Under the pieces are notes generated by a model. That model made no database searches and was not told the origin of the DNA. It saw only the letters and a list, made by a program, of their open reading frames with translations. DNA of 63,917 nt, filler included, from an uncultured Methanoregulaceae archaeon (GTDB lineage Archaea > Halobacteriota > Methanomicrobia > Methanomicrobiales > Methanospirillaceae), in the NCBI GenBank assembly GCA_964530035.1. It is 9 parts of 9 records of this genome, joined end to end, with 100 filler letters (N's around TTAATTAATTAA, not from the genome) between each part and the next. Parts side by side here need not be neighbours in the genome. Positions count along the whole stretch, not along the records: positions 44,988 to 52,249 come from CAZGXZ010000136.1; positions 52,350 to 59,592 come from CAZGXZ010000137.1; positions 59,693 to 63,917 come from CAZGXZ010000187.1; 6 more parts are not named here. One strand, written 5' to 3'. Positions 50,252-60,341 of the stretch are shown here, in pieces (within the stretch, counting starts at the first letter, position 1; each line of letters opens with the position of its first letter). A program made the translations under genes and the position numbers.

Positions 50252-50902
50252 TCACCATCCCCGCGAGTACTCGTCGGAGCAGGCCAGGCATAGGAAACGG
50301 CCGTTCTTCACCCTGGCCCGGTGCCCGGCGACCATCTCTCCATAGGCCGAACACTGGACAGAACGGAAGATAAGGGCTTTTTCAGGGACTTTCGGGGCCA
50401 CCTCCCGTGTATCGAAGAGCTTGGCAAGGAACATCCCAAGGATCGTCCCGACGATCCGGTCCCCTTTTGCAAGGAAGTCCTTCTGCTCATCGGGGGTGGC
50501 AATTTTAGAAAAACCTTCTGGCGAAGCTGCATCAGGTCGCGGTCAAGACTTCGATGATACTTCCCGGTTTCTGGATGATCCGGATGGCCTTGTTGTCAGA
50601 CCGGCTGACAAAGGTATAGGCATGCTTTCCAAGGTCCTGCATGATGAGGTTGTCCTTGCCTGTAGTGCAGCCGGTCACCACCTGTATTGCATCGATCCAC
50701 AGGCGTCGTTTTCCACGATGGCGACCAGTTCCTCGTCCACGTCCCTTCCGCCACGGAGCGTTTCAAGGGCATAGACAGCTGCACGGTACCCTATTGCAAG
50801 CCCCGGGCATGCATGCCCATGAAACGAGACTGCATCGGCAAATGACCTGACAGGGGATCCCTGAGTCCTATTGTTGTAGTTTTGCCTGGACGCAATCATC
50901 AT
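50252..50902 (-). pseudogene. FmdE-family protein with C-terminal DksA/TraR-type Zn finger, frameshifted
   Basis: [37 protein letters not shown] and CSAYGE...CLAC are spread across frames; shifts near 50697, 50550 and 50510. Confidence 0.82.
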
Positions 50903-51249
50903 GATTACGAAAATACACCTGTTCGTCGCTTGAGCGGGATTTTTCATCACCCGGAACAGGGGATATGGGATGAAGCGGTGGTGTACGGTTATCACCTCCC
51001 GGGAGGACAGGGTTACTCGCAGGAGCCGCCTGCTCAGGCAGATTTTCCCCCGATTGGTTGAATAAGAGTGTTTATCCATTTTACTTGATTCCAGGGCAAG
51101 GTTTAATGTATCGTGGACCTATGTTCATGCATACTCGACCCCGGAACATTCATGCACCGTCGGCCAGTGGTCCCGCACGGCCCTGCCGGCAACCCGGCGC
51201 ATAGCTTTCACAACCCAACGGGTCTGGTAAAGATGAAGGAGAACATACC

Positions 51250-51825
51250 ATGGATTCGATTGTTCAGGACCTGATGAACCAGGTAGCGACCGGTGACAAC
51301 CTCACCGCGATCAGCAACTCAGTCGGTGGTGACCCGAATGCGGTCAAGTCTGCATTGAGCATGGGCCTGCCGATGATCATGGGTTCGATGGCAAACAGTG
51401 CTTCAAAACCCGGCGGTGCCGACATGCTGATGAACATGCTCTCCCAGTCCGGTGGCAGCAACCCGATGGACAACCTCGGCGGTTTCCTGAGCAACCCGGG
51501 AACGGCCGGTGCAGGTATGGCAAGCAGCCTGCTCGGGAGCCAGATGGGCGGCATCCAGAACGCCATCTCGCAGAAGACCGGCCTCCCCCCGGCGGTCGTG
51601 GGAAAAGTCCTTGAGATGGCGACCCCCCTGGTCATGGGGTACGTGGCAAAGAAGTTTTCAGGGCAGAAGATGGACCAGAAAGGGCTCACCGACATGCTCG
51701 GGGAGCAGTCGAAGCTTGCACTCCAGTCCTCCCCCGATGCTGCCAGTCTGGCAAAGGACCTCCTTGGAGGCCAGGCCGAGAGCAGCGGGTTCCTTGGATC
51801 CGTCATGAAAATCTTCAAGGGCTGA
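51250..51825 (+). CDS. DUF937 family protein
   Basis: LP.IMG.MA..A..PGGA..L...L; LLG......Q..ISQKTGL...V..VL.MA.PLVMG; GGAG RBS. Confidence 0.82.
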   Translation: MDSIVQDLMNQVATGDNLTAISNSVGGDPNAVKSALSMGLPMIMGSMANSASKPGGADMLMNMLSQSGGSNPMDNLGGFLSNPGTAGAGMASSLLGSQMGGIQNAISQKTGLPPAVVGKVLEMATPLVMGYVAKKFSGQKMDQKGLTDMLGEQSKLALQSSPDAASLAKDLLGGQAESSGFLGSVMKIFKG

Positions 51826-51854
51826 CCATCGCTCAGGAAAATTCCTTATTTTTT

Positions 51855-51949
51855 GCCTTTGTTGAGATCCTATAATTGGAATTGCAGCTGATGGAGGTCT
51901 CTCATACCAGGGTAAATAAAATTGAAGAGAGAGACAATTTTAGCGAACC
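51855..51949 (+). repeat. Degenerate, internally deleted module-C remnant
   Basis: GCCTTTGTTGAGAT ... CTCTCATA..GGGTAAATAAAATTGAAGA...ATTTTAGCGAACC resembles 30425-30480. Confidence 0.55.
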
Positions 51950-52042
51950 TAAAAATCTCATTTTTTTCGAATAATTCTTCCTTGCCTGACATAATGAGCA
52001 GGTAATCTGCATGATTGAAGAGAGGGGATCTGAAATTTTTCA

Positions 52043-52249
52043 GGCGTTTTTGAATGCTTCCAGACCCTGGCAAATAACCATCGCCTCTCGTTTCCCGATA
52101 CCCATAGGCATTACCTCTTCAGTGGGGGCATACCCCCACCCCCCCGAAGGGCGCCCCGGCGGCGGTCCCACGTCCTTTTAAGAGGGTAAAAATTTCGCCA
52201 AGGTCAGATAAAGTGAGAAAAATAAACCCGGATAACAGTTATCAGGAAA
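52043..52249 (+). repeat. Module-A copy of the composite repeat at a contig end
   Basis: GGCGTTTTTGAATGCTTC and CGCCCCGGCGGCGGTC are shared with the 27697 copy; the 3' part matches 30113-30186. Confidence 0.85.
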
Positions 52250-52349
52250 NNNNNNNNNNNNNNNNNNNNNNNNNNNNNNNNNNNNNNNNNNNNTTAATTA
52301 ATTAANNNNNNNNNNNNNNNNNNNNNNNNNNNNNNNNNNNNNNNNNNNN

Positions 52350-52435
52350 TCACCTATCTCAAAAGAAATATTTTTGAGGACCTTTGTCCCGTCAAAATCC
52401 ATTGAAAGGTTCTCAACCGTGATCAAAGGGGCCAT
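52350..52435 (-). CDS. atwA: ABC-ATPase N-terminus, probably methyl-CoM reductase system component A2 (truncated; not in the ORF track)
   Basis: MAPLITVENLSMDFDGTKVLKNISFEIG with GGAG RBS, downstream of the HAD gene. Confidence 0.6.
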
Positions 52436-52508
52436 TACCACTCCTTGTATAGATTACTGGTATCCGTACCATATTACTCTTTATATCCGGTCATTGGAAC
52501 GCTTTTTT

Positions 52509-53315
52509 TCACCGGATGCCGGTTACGATCGTGATTACCTCCCGAAGGTCATGGATGACGTGATCGACCGATTCGTACAGGTCCTGGTGTTTCTCTCCTG
52601 ACTGTTCCTCGGTAAGGATGGAAATGTCCGCTGCCCGGAATGCATACAGGTCGTTGATGCTGTCACCGACCATGACCACACGATCATATTCCTCCCTGAG
52701 ATCACCGACGATCTGCGCTTTCATCTTCGGCGTGGCGACCCCGAACACCCGGTCACGGGGGATCCCAAGGAAATCGGCCATCTTCGTCAGCTTCGCAACC
52801 CGGTCCCCTGAGGCGATGAATGTCGGGATCCCGTGTCGGTGAAGGGTGGTGATGACCTCCTTCGCCCCGGGGAACGGCTTGCCGCCGGCGGTTACCATGA
52901 ACTCTATGCCGGGAACGGCCATGTTCACGATGACACCGTTGTTCAGGGTCACCACCTCCTCCCTCCTGATCCGGGACCAGACATCCCTGATGCACTCCTG
53001 GAGGTCTCCGGTGGTTGCCCGGTGGTCATTGTAGAGGATTTCGCCCACCTCGTCAGAGGCCAGGACCTTCCGCGTGCAGCTGATCCCGAACCCAATCCCG
53101 TTTTCCATGAGATACTCTGAAAACAGTGTCCCCGGGGGTTGGGCCATGACCTCACGGCTGTGGACCTGGATTACGCACAGGACCCGGTCGGGAACAGCAA
53201 ACGTGAGCATGGTCGACTCAATATTCGGCATGAGCTTCCCGGTAATGATGTTCTTCGCAACCCGGTACGTCTCGAGGAGAGTCCCTGCACTATCGAATAC
53301 AACCGCGGTGGACAT
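52509..53315 (-). CDS. HAD-family hydrolase (soluble P-type ATPase-like, COG4087)
   Basis: VVFDSAGT, IASGD, K and VMVGDSIND motifs. Confidence 0.85.
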   Translation of the reverse strand: MSTAVVFDSAGTLLETYRVAKNIITGKLMPNIESTMLTFAVPDRVLCVIQVHSREVMAQPPGTLFSEYLMENGIGFGISCTRKVLASDEVGEILYNDHRATTGDLQECIRDVWSRIRREEVVTLNNGVIVNMAVPGIEFMVTAGGKPFPGAKEVITTLHRHGIPTFIASGDRVAKLTKMADFLGIPRDRVFGVATPKMKAQIVGDLREEYDRVVMVGDSINDLYAFRAADISILTEEQSGEKHQDLYESVDHVIHDLREVITIVTGIR

Positions 53316-53370
53316 GGGTGTTCAAAAGCCTATTTCATCTTATCTGCCTCCCGTATCATGAGGGTTTCCC

Positions 53371-54321
53371 GTGACGGACCTGGCTGACACAGCAGAGAAA
53401 ATTCGCCGCATGGAGATACGCGGCGCAGGGAGAATCGCCCGGGTGGCTGCAGCCGCCCTCCGTGACCACGCATACCAGGTCACGGCGGGAGACATCGCCG
53501 GTTTTAGGAAGGAAATGGGAAACGCTGCGCACACCCTCGTCTCAACGAGGCCTACGGCAGTGTCCCTTCCAAACGCCGTCCATATGGTCATGCTGGCGAT
53601 GGAGGGCACCGCTACCCCGGAAGAGGCGAAGGAAGCCATAGCTGCCCGTGCCGACTCTTTCATCAGGAGCTCGGAACAGGCGGTCGGGAAGATAGGCGAG
53701 ATCGGGGCGCGGCATATCAGGGACGGGGACGTTGTTATGACCCATTGCAACTCCGAGGCCGCACTGAGTTGTCTTATTGAGGCACGGAGGCAGGGCTGTG
53801 AGTTCTCGGTCTTTGCAACCGAGGTCAGGCCGCGAAACCAGGGCCTGATCACCATCCGGACCCTGAATGATGCAGGGATAGAAACAAACTTCATTGTTGA
53901 TTCGGCGGTCCGTTCCTTCATGAACCGCATCGACCTGGTCGTCGTAGGCGCGGACGCAGTCGCGGTAAACGGTGCCGTTGTCAACAAGATCGGGACCTCC
54001 CAACTGGCACTCGCCGCGGATGAAGCGCGGACGAGCCTCATTGTCGCGGCAGAAACCTACAAGTTTGCCCCGAGGACTATCTTCGGTGAGCTTATCGCCA
54101 TCGAGGAGAGGGAGCCGGGAGAGATCCTGCCACACGAGATCAGTTCCACTCTCCCGCATGTCCGGGTCAGGAACCCGGCGTTCGATGTCACCCCCCCGGA
54201 GTACANNNNNNNNNNCATCGACCTGGTTGTCACGGAGGAGGGTGCGATCCCGCCGCAAATGGCCTACATCATCATACGTGAATATTTGGGCTGGGACATC
54301 AATGAATTTAACAGGCACTAG
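53371..54321 (+). CDS. Ribose-1,5-bisphosphate isomerase (eIF-2B family)
   Basis: MEIRGAGRIA, TRPTAVSLPN, MTHCNS, TEVRPRNQG, GADA, NKIGT and NPAFDVTP motifs; 10-N gap at 54206-54215. Confidence 0.93.
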   Translation: MTDLADTAEKIRRMEIRGAGRIARVAAAALRDHAYQVTAGDIAGFRKEMGNAAHTLVSTRPTAVSLPNAVHMVMLAMEGTATPEEAKEAIAARADSFIRSSEQAVGKIGEIGARHIRDGDVVMTHCNSEAALSCLIEARRQGCEFSVFATEVRPRNQGLITIRTLNDAGIETNFIVDSAVRSFMNRIDLVVVGADAVAVNGAVVNKIGTSQLALAADEARTSLIVAAETYKFAPRTIFGELIAIEEREPGEILPHEISSTLPHVRVRNPAFDVTPPEYXXXXIDLVVTEEGAIPPQMAYIIIREYLGWDINEFNRH

Positions 54322-54330
54322 CCACAGGAG

Positions 54331-55545
54331 ATGATGAGGAACATGCCAGACGTGGTCGCAACGTATTTCTTTCACCCACGGGCCGATACTACCCCGGAAC
54401 AGGCGGCACAGGCCATCTGTGAAGAGGAGACGACCGGTACGTGGACCGGCCTCACCACCAGGCCTGCCTATGTCGAACGGCTTGACGGTCATGTGCAGTC
54501 GGTTGAACCATCGGCTGACGGGTACNNNNNNNNNNGGATAGCCTACCCGGGTGAGATCTTCGAGCCCGGGAATGTTGCCCAGTATCTCTCTGTCGTAGCC
54601 GGGAACCTCTTCGGCCTGTCAAGGCTCAATTCGGTCCGGCTGGTCGATATCGAGATATGCGAGGACCTCTCGAGGTTCCCTGGACCAAGGTTCGGTATAT
54701 CCGGCATCAGGAAAATTACCGGTACGACCAGCCGCCCCCATGTCGGCACCATCATCAAGCCTAAGGTGGGCCTTAACCCGAAGGACACCGCCGAAGTCGC
54801 ATATCAAGCTGCAACAGGCGGTGTCGACCTGATCAAGGACGATGAAACCCTTACCGACCAGGCCTTCTGCCCGATAGAGGAGCGGGTCCCGGCGGTCATG
54901 GAACGTCTTGACGATGCACGGAGCGAGACCGGCCACCAGGTCCTGTACGCGGTCAATATCACTACACGGCCGGACAAGATCGTTGGAAGGGCCCTTGAAG
55001 CGATAGAACTCGGGGCGAACATGATCATGATCGATGTCTTCATCGCCGGGTTCGGGGCTCTCGAGGCGATAGCCTCGGACCCTGGAATCAGGGTCCCCAT
55101 CCATGTCCACAGGACGATGCATGCCGCCATGACCCGGAACCCGGACCATGGGATCGCAATGCGTCCCTTCGCCCGGATCATCAGGATGCTCGGAGGTGAT
55201 CAGGTCCACACCGGGACCGTTTCAGGGAAAATGGCGCACAGTGTCGAGGAACTGAAAGGTGACAACGCCGTTCTTACCAGTCCGTTCTTCAGCCACCGGC
55301 GTTCGTTTCCGGTGGCGAGCGGAGGACTCCACCCCGGGAAGGTCGCCGCGGAACTTTCCGCGCTCGGGACCGATGTGATCCTCCAGGCCGGCGGGGGTAT
55401 CCATGGCCACCCCGACGGGACGGCCGCGGGTGCGAGGGCGATGCGCCAGGCCGTGGACGCTTTCCTGGAAGGGAAAAGTGCCACCGAGTATGCCCTGGAC
55501 CATTACGAGCTTGACCGTGCTTTAAAACAATGGGGGACCCATTAA
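54331..55545 (+). CDS. rbcL: Form III RuBisCO large subunit
   Basis: EETTGTW, GNLFG, IKPKVGL, DLIKDDE, HVHR, HTGT..GKM, SGGLHP and QAGGGIHGHP: the catalytic set is intact; 10-N gap at 54526-54535. Confidence 0.92.
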   Translation: MMRNMPDVVATYFFHPRADTTPEQAAQAICEEETTGTWTGLTTRPAYVERLDGHVQSVEPSADGYXXXXIAYPGEIFEPGNVAQYLSVVAGNLFGLSRLNSVRLVDIEICEDLSRFPGPRFGISGIRKITGTTSRPHVGTIIKPKVGLNPKDTAEVAYQAATGGVDLIKDDETLTDQAFCPIEERVPAVMERLDDARSETGHQVLYAVNITTRPDKIVGRALEAIELGANMIMIDVFIAGFGALEAIASDPGIRVPIHVHRTMHAAMTRNPDHGIAMRPFARIIRMLGGDQVHTGTVSGKMAHSVEELKGDNAVLTSPFFSHRRSFPVASGGLHPGKVAAELSALGTDVILQAGGGIHGHPDGTAAGARAMRQAVDAFLEGKSATEYALDHYELDRALKQWGTH

Positions 55546-55552
55546 GAAGGCT

Positions 55553-56374
55553 ATGGACATCCCGTTCACGAAACTTCATGGAAACGGCAATGACTTCATC
55601 CTGGTGGATGAGTGGCAGGGAGAGGTCATCCCTGACGAGCTGAAACCCCGGTTCGCCGCGGTCTACTGCGACCGGCGGTTCGGGGTCGGTGCCGACGGCG
55701 TTCTCTTCCTGTCCCGGTCGGACAAGGACAATGTCAGGATGCGGCTTTTTCAGCCCGACGAGTCCGAAGCCGAGATGTGCGGGAATGGCATACGGTGCCT
55801 GGTGAAATATGCCTATGACCGGGGGTATATCGTCGGGACCAGCTCCGTCGAGACGGTTTCGGGCAGCATGGCGGTTTCGATGGGATACAACCGTGAAGGG
55901 GAATTTTCCGCGACCATCAGGATGGCTGACCCGGGTTTTTCCTGCGAGCAGATCCCTGCATCCGGCAGTGGCGAGTTCAAGGAGGTAATCTGTGGAAGGA
56001 CGGTCTATGCCGTAAATACCGGCGTCCCCCATGCCGTCATATTTGTCGATGACCTCCAGGGGATCGACGTGGAGTCTGAAGCACCGGCAATCAGGAACAA
56101 CCCGGTCTTTTTAAAAGGTGCCAATGTAAATTTCGTGCAAAAGACCGGAGAAAACTGTATTTCGATCAGGACCTTCGAGAGAGGGGTGGAGGCGGAAACC
56201 CTTTCGTGCGGTACAGGGGCAACGGCATCCGCAGCGGTGGCCCACCACCTCGGGATGGTCGGGGAGGTCGTGCAGGTCGGGACCGAGGGCGGCACCCTCA
56301 CCATCGTGCTCGGGGAGGTGACCAGCATGGACGGGCCTGCAGAAACCGTCTTTGAAGGGGTTATCCCATTTTGA
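55553..56374 (+). CDS. dapF: Diaminopimelate epimerase
   Basis: KLHGNGNDF, EMCGNGIRC, NTGVPH and ERGVEAETLSCGTG motifs. Confidence 0.96.
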   Translation: MDIPFTKLHGNGNDFILVDEWQGEVIPDELKPRFAAVYCDRRFGVGADGVLFLSRSDKDNVRMRLFQPDESEAEMCGNGIRCLVKYAYDRGYIVGTSSVETVSGSMAVSMGYNREGEFSATIRMADPGFSCEQIPASGSGEFKEVICGRTVYAVNTGVPHAVIFVDDLQGIDVESEAPAIRNNPVFLKGANVNFVQKTGENCISIRTFERGVEAETLSCGTGATASAAVAHHLGMVGEVVQVGTEGGTLTIVLGEVTSMDGPAETVFEGVIPF

Positions 56375-56421
56375 AGGGTGATTCCCGAACTGTATAAATA
56401 GTCCCCGCTGCTACAGATCCG

Positions 56422-57171
56422 TTGGATGAAAGGAGTGGTCTTTTAGTGGCAACTGCGGGTCAGGTGGCGCAGGCGATCCGGCTTGGGCTCGAAATGGCGG
56501 CCGCAGGCAGGTGGGAAGAAGCTATCAGCTGGTACGACCGTGCCCTTGCAATTGACCGGTACTCAAGGGAGGCCCTTTTCTCCAAGGGGCTGGCCCTCAT
56601 CAATATCATCCGTTACGAGGACGCAGTCCGTTCGTTCGACGTAATCCTGACACGTGACCCGGATGATACCGAGGCATGGCTCCACCGCGGGATCTGTTTT
56701 CTGTTCATGGGAAGGTACAGCAAGGCAATCCCCTGTTTCGACCTGGTCCTCGCAAAGAACCCCGACGAGGTGAGCGCGCTTAACCATAAAGCGGCCTGCC
56801 TCGCCGAGATTAACCGTCATGCCGAGGCTATCGCTTGTTTTGACCGCATCCTCGCTCTACGCCCGCAGGACGCGAACACGTGGTTCAACCGTGGGAGCAG
56901 TCTCGACGCCCTCGGGAAAAACGAGGATGCTGTCAGGTCGTTTCACCGTGCCATCGCTCTCGACCCCAATGATGCCGATTCCTGGTTCGAAATGGGGAAC
57001 AGCTACCAGAAACTGAAAAAACACCGCGAGGCGATCCGGTGTTACGACAAGGTGATCGCACTCGAGCCATTCCATGTTGATGCGGTGTCCCAGAAAGGGA
57101 AGTCCCTGCAGGCCCTTGGGCGCCATGAAGAGGCGGACGCCCAGTTTAAAAAAGCCGAGGACATGTTCTGA
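56422..57171 (+). CDS. TPR-repeat protein
   Basis: About seven tandem 34-aa TPR repeats. Confidence 0.88.
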   Translation: MDERSGLLVATAGQVAQAIRLGLEMAAAGRWEEAISWYDRALAIDRYSREALFSKGLALINIIRYEDAVRSFDVILTRDPDDTEAWLHRGICFLFMGRYSKAIPCFDLVLAKNPDEVSALNHKAACLAEINRHAEAIACFDRILALRPQDANTWFNRGSSLDALGKNEDAVRSFHRAIALDPNDADSWFEMGNSYQKLKKHREAIRCYDKVIALEPFHVDAVSQKGKSLQALGRHEEADAQFKKAEDMF

Positions 57172-57196
57172 CGGCCTGCCTCACCTTTCCGTATTC

Positions 57197-57901
57197 TTAG
57201 GATATTTCTGGCCCTTCAGGGTTGTTTTCTCCCCCACAGGGGGTAATACCCCCCTGGACGATCCTGAAGTCAAAGGACCCTCCTTCAGGCAGACAGAGGT
57301 GCTTGATAACCGTCGCCCGCCTGCAATCGCCGGCCCTGTCTATCTGCAGGATGACCTTGGCAATGTGGGCCAGGGCGGTTCCGCCAAGCCCGACGAGCCG
57401 GTTGTGGCCCGGGTCGTGATAGACCTGGTTGGTAATGAGGCATGCAAGGTCATACCTGCGTGCCAGGCCCAGGAGGTGGACCATCTGCCGCGTGAGTTGC
57501 TGTATTGCCTCCCTGCCCCGCTCCAGGTCGGCCCGGTACAGGCCGGTTGCAGAATCGAGGATGATGAGCCCGACATCATTCTCTTTTAGTACCTTTTCGG
57601 CGTTCCCGATCATCACCCCCTGGGATACGAAGTCTGCCGGCTCGAAGAGGAAGAGCCGGCCGGCCAGGTCATAGGACTCCTCGCCTGCGACCTGCCTGAA
57701 GCGCTCGATGGAAAAGCCCTCGGTGTCAATGAAGACAACGCCGTTTCCGCATTTCAGGCAGGATACCGCGGCAAGGATGGCAAGGGTGCTCTTCCCTGTG
57801 CCAGGACCCCCGACCAGCTCGGTGATGAGTTTTCTCTCAAGGCCTCCCCCGATAAGGTCGTCAAGCCCGGGCGACCCCGTTGATATCCTGGGACAACTCA
57901 T
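57197..57901 (-). CDS. radB: DNA repair and recombination protein RadB
   Basis: ISTG..GLD.LIGGG, GGPGTGKS, IDTEG, ILDS, ITNQV and KH motifs. Confidence 0.93.
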   Translation of the reverse strand: MSCPRISTGSPGLDDLIGGGLERKLITELVGGPGTGKSTLAILAAVSCLKCGNGVVFIDTEGFSIERFRQVAGEESYDLAGRLFLFEPADFVSQGVMIGNAEKVLKENDVGLIILDSATGLYRADLERGREAIQQLTRQMVHLLGLARRYDLACLITNQVYHDPGHNRLVGLGGTALAHIAKVILQIDRAGDCRRATVIKHLCLPEGGSFDFRIVQGGITPCGGENNPEGPEIS

Positions 57902-59091
57902 GCCCCACCATCAGGTCCCTTCAGCCTGCGCCAGCCTTCCTCCTCGGCAAGCCTCATGACTGTCCGTACCGGCACCCCTGCATTTTCAGCGATACGGCGG
58001 GCTTCTTCGGCCTCTGCCTTCACATTGTAGCACTCCTCCCCGATATACCCGAACTTGACCGGGACCTCGTACAGCCCGCCACAGATCCGTATGGGTACCC
58101 GTGCCGTATCCCTGCGTGCGATGAACCGGTGGACCGAGGGAGTACATCTCACGCCAAGCGTCCCCAGTTCGCGGGCCATGACCATGGCAATTCTTGCACT
58201 GTCATCAGGCGTGGTTATGACCCTGACCAGGTGACCGGCCCTGCCTTTTTTCATAATACAGGGAATGGCACTTGCATCCCTCGCCCCGGCAGCCATGAAC
58301 CGTGCCAGTGCGAGTGCGATCACCTCGCCGCTGGTATCATCGGTATTCGTTTCAAGTACATCGACCTCGTCGTCCATGAGCCCCGATGACCGGTCGATGA
58401 GGACGGTGCGCAACAGGTTCGGCACCCCGCTGCGCTCCCACTTTCCGGCCCCGTATCCTGTCCTGATGACGGTTCCCGATGGCAGGGAGGAAAGGGTGCA
58501 ACCGGCAAACACTGCAAGGAGGGCCGCCCCCGTCGGCGTGAGGAGCTCCCCGGGTTCGCCGGTGCACGGCCGGATAACAAGCCCTGACTGCTTCAGCACC
58601 TCAAGGGTTGCAGGTGCAGGGACCGGGATGACCCCGTGGCTTCCTGTGACGGTCCCGTTTCCGACCGTCACCGGGAGGGTGGCAACGCAGTCCGGCTCAA
58701 GGGACCCGAGGGCCATGCAGGCCCCGACCACGTCGGCAACCGCGTCGTCGGCTCCGACCTCGTGGAAGTGCACAGCGCCGCCATGGACCGCCTCCTCGGC
58801 GTCCCTGATGACCTCAAAGACCTCCATGGCCCGCCGGACAACCGTCGGGGGAGCATCAGCCGACTCCACCTTCTCCTCGACCTCAGCAAAGGTCCGGTGG
58901 GAATGCCCTGCATTGGTCCTGACCTGGAGTCCCCGCAGGCCGGCACGCCGTACTTCGGTGATTTCCGGCCTGCCTGCAACAGAGGCCATGGCACGCACCA
59001 CGGCATCCCGGTCCGCCCCCAGGTCGAGGAGGGAAGAGATGATCATATCGCCGGATGCACCGGAAAACGGGTCAAAGACGAGAGTTGGCAT
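57898..59091 (-). CDS. larC: Nickel pincer cofactor biosynthesis protein LarC
   Basis: FSGASGDM, HFHEVGADD, HGVIPVPAPAT, ELLTPTGAA, LETNTDD, MKKGR and GTLGVR motifs. Confidence 0.93.
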   Translation of the reverse strand: MPTLVFDPFSGASGDMIISSLLDLGADRDAVVRAMASVAGRPEITEVRRAGLRGLQVRTNAGHSHRTFAEVEEKVESADAPPTVVRRAMEVFEVIRDAEEAVHGGAVHFHEVGADDAVADVVGACMALGSLEPDCVATLPVTVGNGTVTGSHGVIPVPAPATLEVLKQSGLVIRPCTGEPGELLTPTGAALLAVFAGCTLSSLPSGTVIRTGYGAGKWERSGVPNLLRTVLIDRSSGLMDDEVDVLETNTDDTSGEVIALALARFMAAGARDASAIPCIMKKGRAGHLVRVITTPDDSARIAMVMARELGTLGVRCTPSVHRFIARRDTARVPIRICGGLYEVPVKFGYIGEECYNVKAEAEEARRIAENAGVPVRTVMRLAEEEGWRRLKGPDGGA

Positions 59092-59133
59092 GATCGCGTA
59101 TGTATAAATCCGGAAGAGATGACCTTAAAGGTA

Positions 59134-59592
59134 ATGCCGGAAATCTTTTTAAAAGTCGATAGTGCCTATCCCGGGGACCAGGGGGGAGGAAAGGCACGGC
59201 TCGACCCCGAGACGATGCTTGCCCTCAAGATCTCCCCCGGAGACATCGTCGCCATCGAGGGCAAGCGACGCACGGTCGCCAAGGTATGGAGGGCGCAGCT
59301 CGAGGACTGGAACCAGCGGAAGATACGGATCGACAACTTCACCCGCCTGAATGCCGGCGTCTCGATCGGGGACACTATCAAGGTATCCAGCATCAGGGAG
59401 GAGATAGAGGCAAAGGTCGTCGTGCTTGCCCCCCCGGAGGACCTCCCGAAAAACATCCCGGTGGCCGACAACCCCTCGGTGCAGAACGCCCTCATTGATT
59501 TCCCCGTTGTCCACAACGACTCCATCCCCATCATGGTAGGGCTGCCCTTCATCCAGCCGTCACTCATTGCATACAAGGTCATTGAAATTGAA
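59134..59592 (+). CDS. cdc48: CDC48/VAT AAA ATPase, N-domain fragment
   Basis: LKVDSAYPGDQGGGKARLDP...GD.V.IEG...TVAKVW...IRID..TR.NAGVSIGD. Confidence 0.9.
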
Positions 59593-59692
59593 NNNNNNNN
59601 NNNNNNNNNNNNNNNNNNNNNNNNNNNNNNNNNNNNTTAATTAATTAANNNNNNNNNNNNNNNNNNNNNNNNNNNNNNNNNNNNNNNNNNNN

Positions 59693-60297
59693 AGATCGCC
59701 GACTATTTTACCAGGCACCCTTACCGGCGCATCATCCTGCACCTTGAGGGTGATGCCCTGCTTGTGGCCAGGGCAGGGCTTGAGGCTGCCGGTATTCGCT
59801 CCGAGTGCACAACGGACAAGGACGCTCCAACCAGCACGGCTGCCCTTGAGAGACTGTATGCCGCGCTTGAGGGCGAGAAGAAACGTTCGTCCCAGATACT
59901 CCGAGGAATGTGTTCGTTGCAGTTCGGGTCGGTTCCTGACACGAACGGGATCGTCATGGAAGGAAGATATCCTCTCGTTCGTTTCATGAAAAAGAAACGC
60001 CCATGGTTTGGAATCGACCCTGTGACCGGCATGGTGAGACCGACGCTTGACGGGTGGAGCCTCATCACCACCGGGTACCGGGTTTTCATCGACTCATTCG
60101 ACCCGAAGGGTGACATCCTCGCCCCGGGGATCATCGATGCAGACCCGGCCATCCGTGAAGGAGATGAAGTACTCGTGACCGGAGAAGGCGTAGAAGCAAC
60201 CGGCAGGGCCGCGATGGGAGCTTCCGAGATGGTCCGCTCGCGCCGTGGTGTAGCCGTCAGGGTGCGTAAGGTAAAGAGGGAAGGCACCCTATCATAG
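59693..60297 (+). CDS. arcS: Archaeosine synthase (ArcS/TgtA2), C-terminal part with PUA domain, 5'-truncated
   Basis: QFG, GRYP and PTL.G motifs; PUA domain GDILAPGIIDADPAIREGDEV...G.A.M...EM....RGVAVRVR. Confidence 0.8.
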
Positions 60298-60341
60298 GGA
60301 AGCAGTGCTCGCCTGCGAGCCCGCTGACGGAGTGTGTTGAA

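Noticed and set aside
54206..54535. Two 10-N gaps, each just after GTAC, as possible introns or insertions in the isomerase and RuBisCO genes
   Set aside because: They are scaffolding gaps. The first collapses to EYID with a 2-nt overlap, and both reading frames are preserved.
54331..55545. RuBisCO-like protein (form IV) with an MtnA methionine-salvage partner
   Set aside because: The full form I-III catalytic residue set is present, and the isomerase has R15P-isomerase motifs (IRGAGRIA, RPTAVSL, THCNS).
57898..59091. larC as evidence of a lactate racemase system
   Set aside because: No larA, larB or larE is adjacent, and stand-alone larC is common in methanogens.
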